From contig JBBIGR010000056.1 of NCBI GenBank assembly GCA_037447435.1, positions 1-26,251 on the forward strand: a DNA stretch of 26,251 nucleotides, written 5' to 3'. Below, piece by piece: positions 24,062 through 26,251 of the stretch. Source of the stretch: Fibrobacteria bacterium (GTDB lineage Bacteria > Fibrobacterota > Chitinivibrionia > Chitinivibrionales > FEN-1185). The position numbers were made by a program, and so were the translations under genes. The notes under the pieces were generated by a model, which made no database searches, was not told the DNA's origin, and was given only the letters and a program-made list of their open reading frames with translations. The stretch's first letter is position 1; every line of letters begins with the position of its first letter.

Positions 24062-25906
24062 TTAATCTGTCACCTGCAGGGCGAGAATTGTCAAATCATC
24101 ATGGTTGGGCGCATTGCGGGTAAATTTTTTAATATCGTTCATAATGATTTCAATGAGCGCTTCGGAGTCGATACTTTCCGCATGTGAAAGCGTTTCGTAA
24201 AGGCGTTGAATGCCGTAGGTGTTGCGGTCGGGATTTATCGCATCGGTTAATCCGTCGGTATAAATAAGGAACCGATCGCCTTTTTTCAATTGAATCGTCG
24301 ATTCGGACATCATTTCGTTGAACTTGTTCGGATCAGATACGAGGCATAATGCCAGCCCGTCGGAGGCAATCGGTTGCGGCACTTGGCCATTATTGGAAAG
24401 CTTTAATAATACCGGGTGACCTGCCCTGGCATAGCTCATGGTTTTGCCATTGTTTTTAATAATGAGGCACAATGCAGTGACAAAAGAGCGATCGTCGAGA
24501 TTCGTGGTCATGAATTCATTAACCGAACATAAAAGCTTTTTTGCGGATGTTTCGGCGCGCCCCTGTACCCGAAAGGTACTTCGCAGCATTGTCATAAGCA
24601 ATGCCGCAGGAATTCCCTTGCCGCATACGTCGGCAATGACGATGACCCAATCGCCATTGACCGTTTGGAAATAGTCGAGATAATCGCCGCCCACTTCATA
24701 GGCCGGGAAATAAACGCCCTTGATATCGATATGGTTTATAAGGGGCTTGTAATGGGGCGTAAAACGCCGCTGTATGCTTCGCGCGGCATCCAGTTCACCG
24801 TCGAGCCTTGCCTTTTCTCCAAGATCAAGATAATGGACGGCATTGGACAAACAGGCTGCGGCATGAGACGCGAGCGTGGCAAAAAGCGTTTCTTCCTGTT
24901 CGTAAATTCCTTCGTTTTCCTGCGTTGTAAAGATTTGAACCGCGCCGAGGCACTTATTGTCGGCGCAGAGCGGAATCGCGATGTAACAGGGACAATCGGC
25001 GGGAAGGGGCCAGCCGCAATGCACAAGCCGGTCGTCGCGCGTCCAATCGGAGGCTATCATGGGACTGAATGAATCTTTTTGGAGAAAAGAAACCAATGCG
25101 CGTTCCGAGGCCAAAAATCCCTCAGTATTGTTCAATGCCATGGTCGCATTGGTGCATTTGAACGAAGCATGTTTTGCCTTGCAAATGCTTACGTGCGAAA
25201 GCGGAAAACGCGAAGCGAAAATTTTGAGAATCAGCGAGAGCAATTCGTCGATTTGTATTGTTTGCGCAAGCTGATAGGAAGAGGCGCTTAGAAAATCGAG
25301 TTGATCGAGCCTGGCTTTAAGGCCTTCATTCGCTTTTTGCAATTCGGACGTTCGGTTGGCAACGCGCAATTCGAGTTCGGTTTTCGCTTTTTGCAATTCA
25401 TCGTCGAATTGCTTCATTTTCGTTATGTCGCGCGAAACCCCCACGGTCCCCACGATGATGCCGTTCTTATCGATAATCGGGACCTTTGTCGCCGAAAACC
25501 AAACGGTCGTACCGTCGGGGCGGGACACTTTTTCGATTTTATTGATGAGCGCGACGCCGGTCTCGACGATTTTTTTTTCGTCGGAAAATGCGGCCTGAGC
25601 GTGCTCGGCAACGAAAAAGTCGAAATCGGTTTTGCCGATGGCCTGAGCAGGGTTGTCAATGCCGAGCATTTTCGCCTGGGCATTGTTTATGAGAGTAAAC
25701 CTGCTTTCTGTGTCTTTAAAGTAAATTGTATCGGGAAGGGAATCCATGAGCGTATGCATCATGTCCCGTTCGATGAGCAATGCATCTTCCATGCGTTTGA
25801 GCTCGGAATCGCTTTTAAGCGACGATGCATTGGTTCTGGCAAGGCGTTCCCGCAGGACCAATATTTCATCAATCAGTTGCCGCTTTGATTTTTCAGCGTC
25901 TTCCAT
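24062..25906 (-). CDS. PAS-GAF-SpoIIE (PP2C, RsbU-like) protein phosphatase
   Basis: PAS/PAC (LPDTIYFKD...IGKTDFDFF...GVSRDIT), coiled coil, GAF-like region, and PP2C motifs VGGDYLD, IADVCGKG, YTDGLTDA and DDLT. Probable start ATG 25906. Confidence 0.92.
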   Translation of the reverse strand: MEDAEKSKRQLIDEILVLRERLARTNASSLKSDSELKRMEDALLIERDMMHTLMDSLPDTIYFKDTESRFTLINNAQAKMLGIDNPAQAIGKTDFDFFVAEHAQAAFSDEKKIVETGVALINKIEKVSRPDGTTVWFSATKVPIIDKNGIIVGTVGVSRDITKMKQFDDELQKAKTELELRVANRTSELQKANEGLKARLDQLDFLSASSYQLAQTIQIDELLSLILKIFASRFPLSHVSICKAKHASFKCTNATMALNNTEGFLASERALVSFLQKDSFSPMIASDWTRDDRLVHCGWPLPADCPCYIAIPLCADNKCLGAVQIFTTQENEGIYEQEETLFATLASHAAACLSNAVHYLDLGEKARLDGELDAARSIQRRFTPHYKPLINHIDIKGVYFPAYEVGGDYLDYFQTVNGDWVIVIADVCGKGIPAALLMTMLRSTFRVQGRAETSAKKLLCSVNEFMTTNLDDRSFVTALCLIIKNNGKTMSYARAGHPVLLKLSNNGQVPQPIASDGLALCLVSDPNKFNEMMSESTIQLKKGDRFLIYTDGLTDAINPDRNTYGIQRLYETLSHAESIDSEALIEIIMNDIKKFTRNAPNHDDLTILALQVTD

Positions 25907-26189
25907 GATAGCTTCCCGAGGATAAAGAGCCGTGCCGATACCTAATAAATATAATGAAACAAAAACCAATCCTATCCTAAATTGTAGCAAATGATGGTAT
26001 AATAAGTATGCTCATTTAAGAAGGCTTAAAGCTATAAAAATTCCTTTAAATTCTTAGATGATTCTTTTCATGAACTTTTTTGAAAATAAATACGACTATA
26101 TTTGCAGAATGTAGAAATTACGGTTTTGATAATTGCTTATTCAGGAGGATACCCGGGAAAATCCTTTAAGCGGAACGGAAACCGGGAAA

Positions 26190-26251
26190 TTATTCCATAA
26201 ACTTTGCGAGGTAGGCAGTGGAAACAAAGCGAGAATCAATAGGAGCCAGAA
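26190..26251 (-). CDS. Possible 3' end of a gene truncated by the window edge
   Basis: An open minus-strand frame (...LAPIDSRFVSTAYLAKFME*) runs off the window; too short to identify. Confidence 0.25.
   Translation of the reverse strand, partial: LAPIDSRFVSTAYLAKFME

Overview
Bacterial chromosomal window with about 24 protein-coding genes; I found no rRNA, tRNA or CRISPR array. Five secreted proteins share a T9SS/FlgD-like C-terminal tail and two are GH18 enzymes, which points to an FCB-group organism such as Fibrobacterota/Chitinivibrionia (inference). Contents in order: an IS3-type transposase remnant and an AT-rich UbiA prenyltransferase; gmhB, mntP, a tailed lipoprotein and asd; a signal-peptide + single-HKD PLD nuclease + tandem winged-helix + DnaD-like fusion protein; a GH99-like enzyme and two GH18 paralogues around an APC permease; three Hsp20 genes, an SDR, a VOC protein, YkgJ, an MDR oxidoreductase, a tailed secreted protein and a TPR protein; an AAA_14/DUF4143 ATPase; a very divergent enolase; DUF2934; and a PAS-GAF-SpoIIE phosphatase. 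Most notable: (1) the PLD/replication-initiator-like fusion, (2) four sigma-54 -24/-12 promoter matches across the stress genes, one with an IHF site and enhancer-like palindromes, (3) an identical 15-bp LacI-type operator before both GH18 genes, (4) the ATPase gene bracketed by duplicated terminator + GTAG-REP units, (5) an enolase that keeps its catalytic residues but has lost many signature residues. All family assignments come from motif recognition by eye, not database searches.
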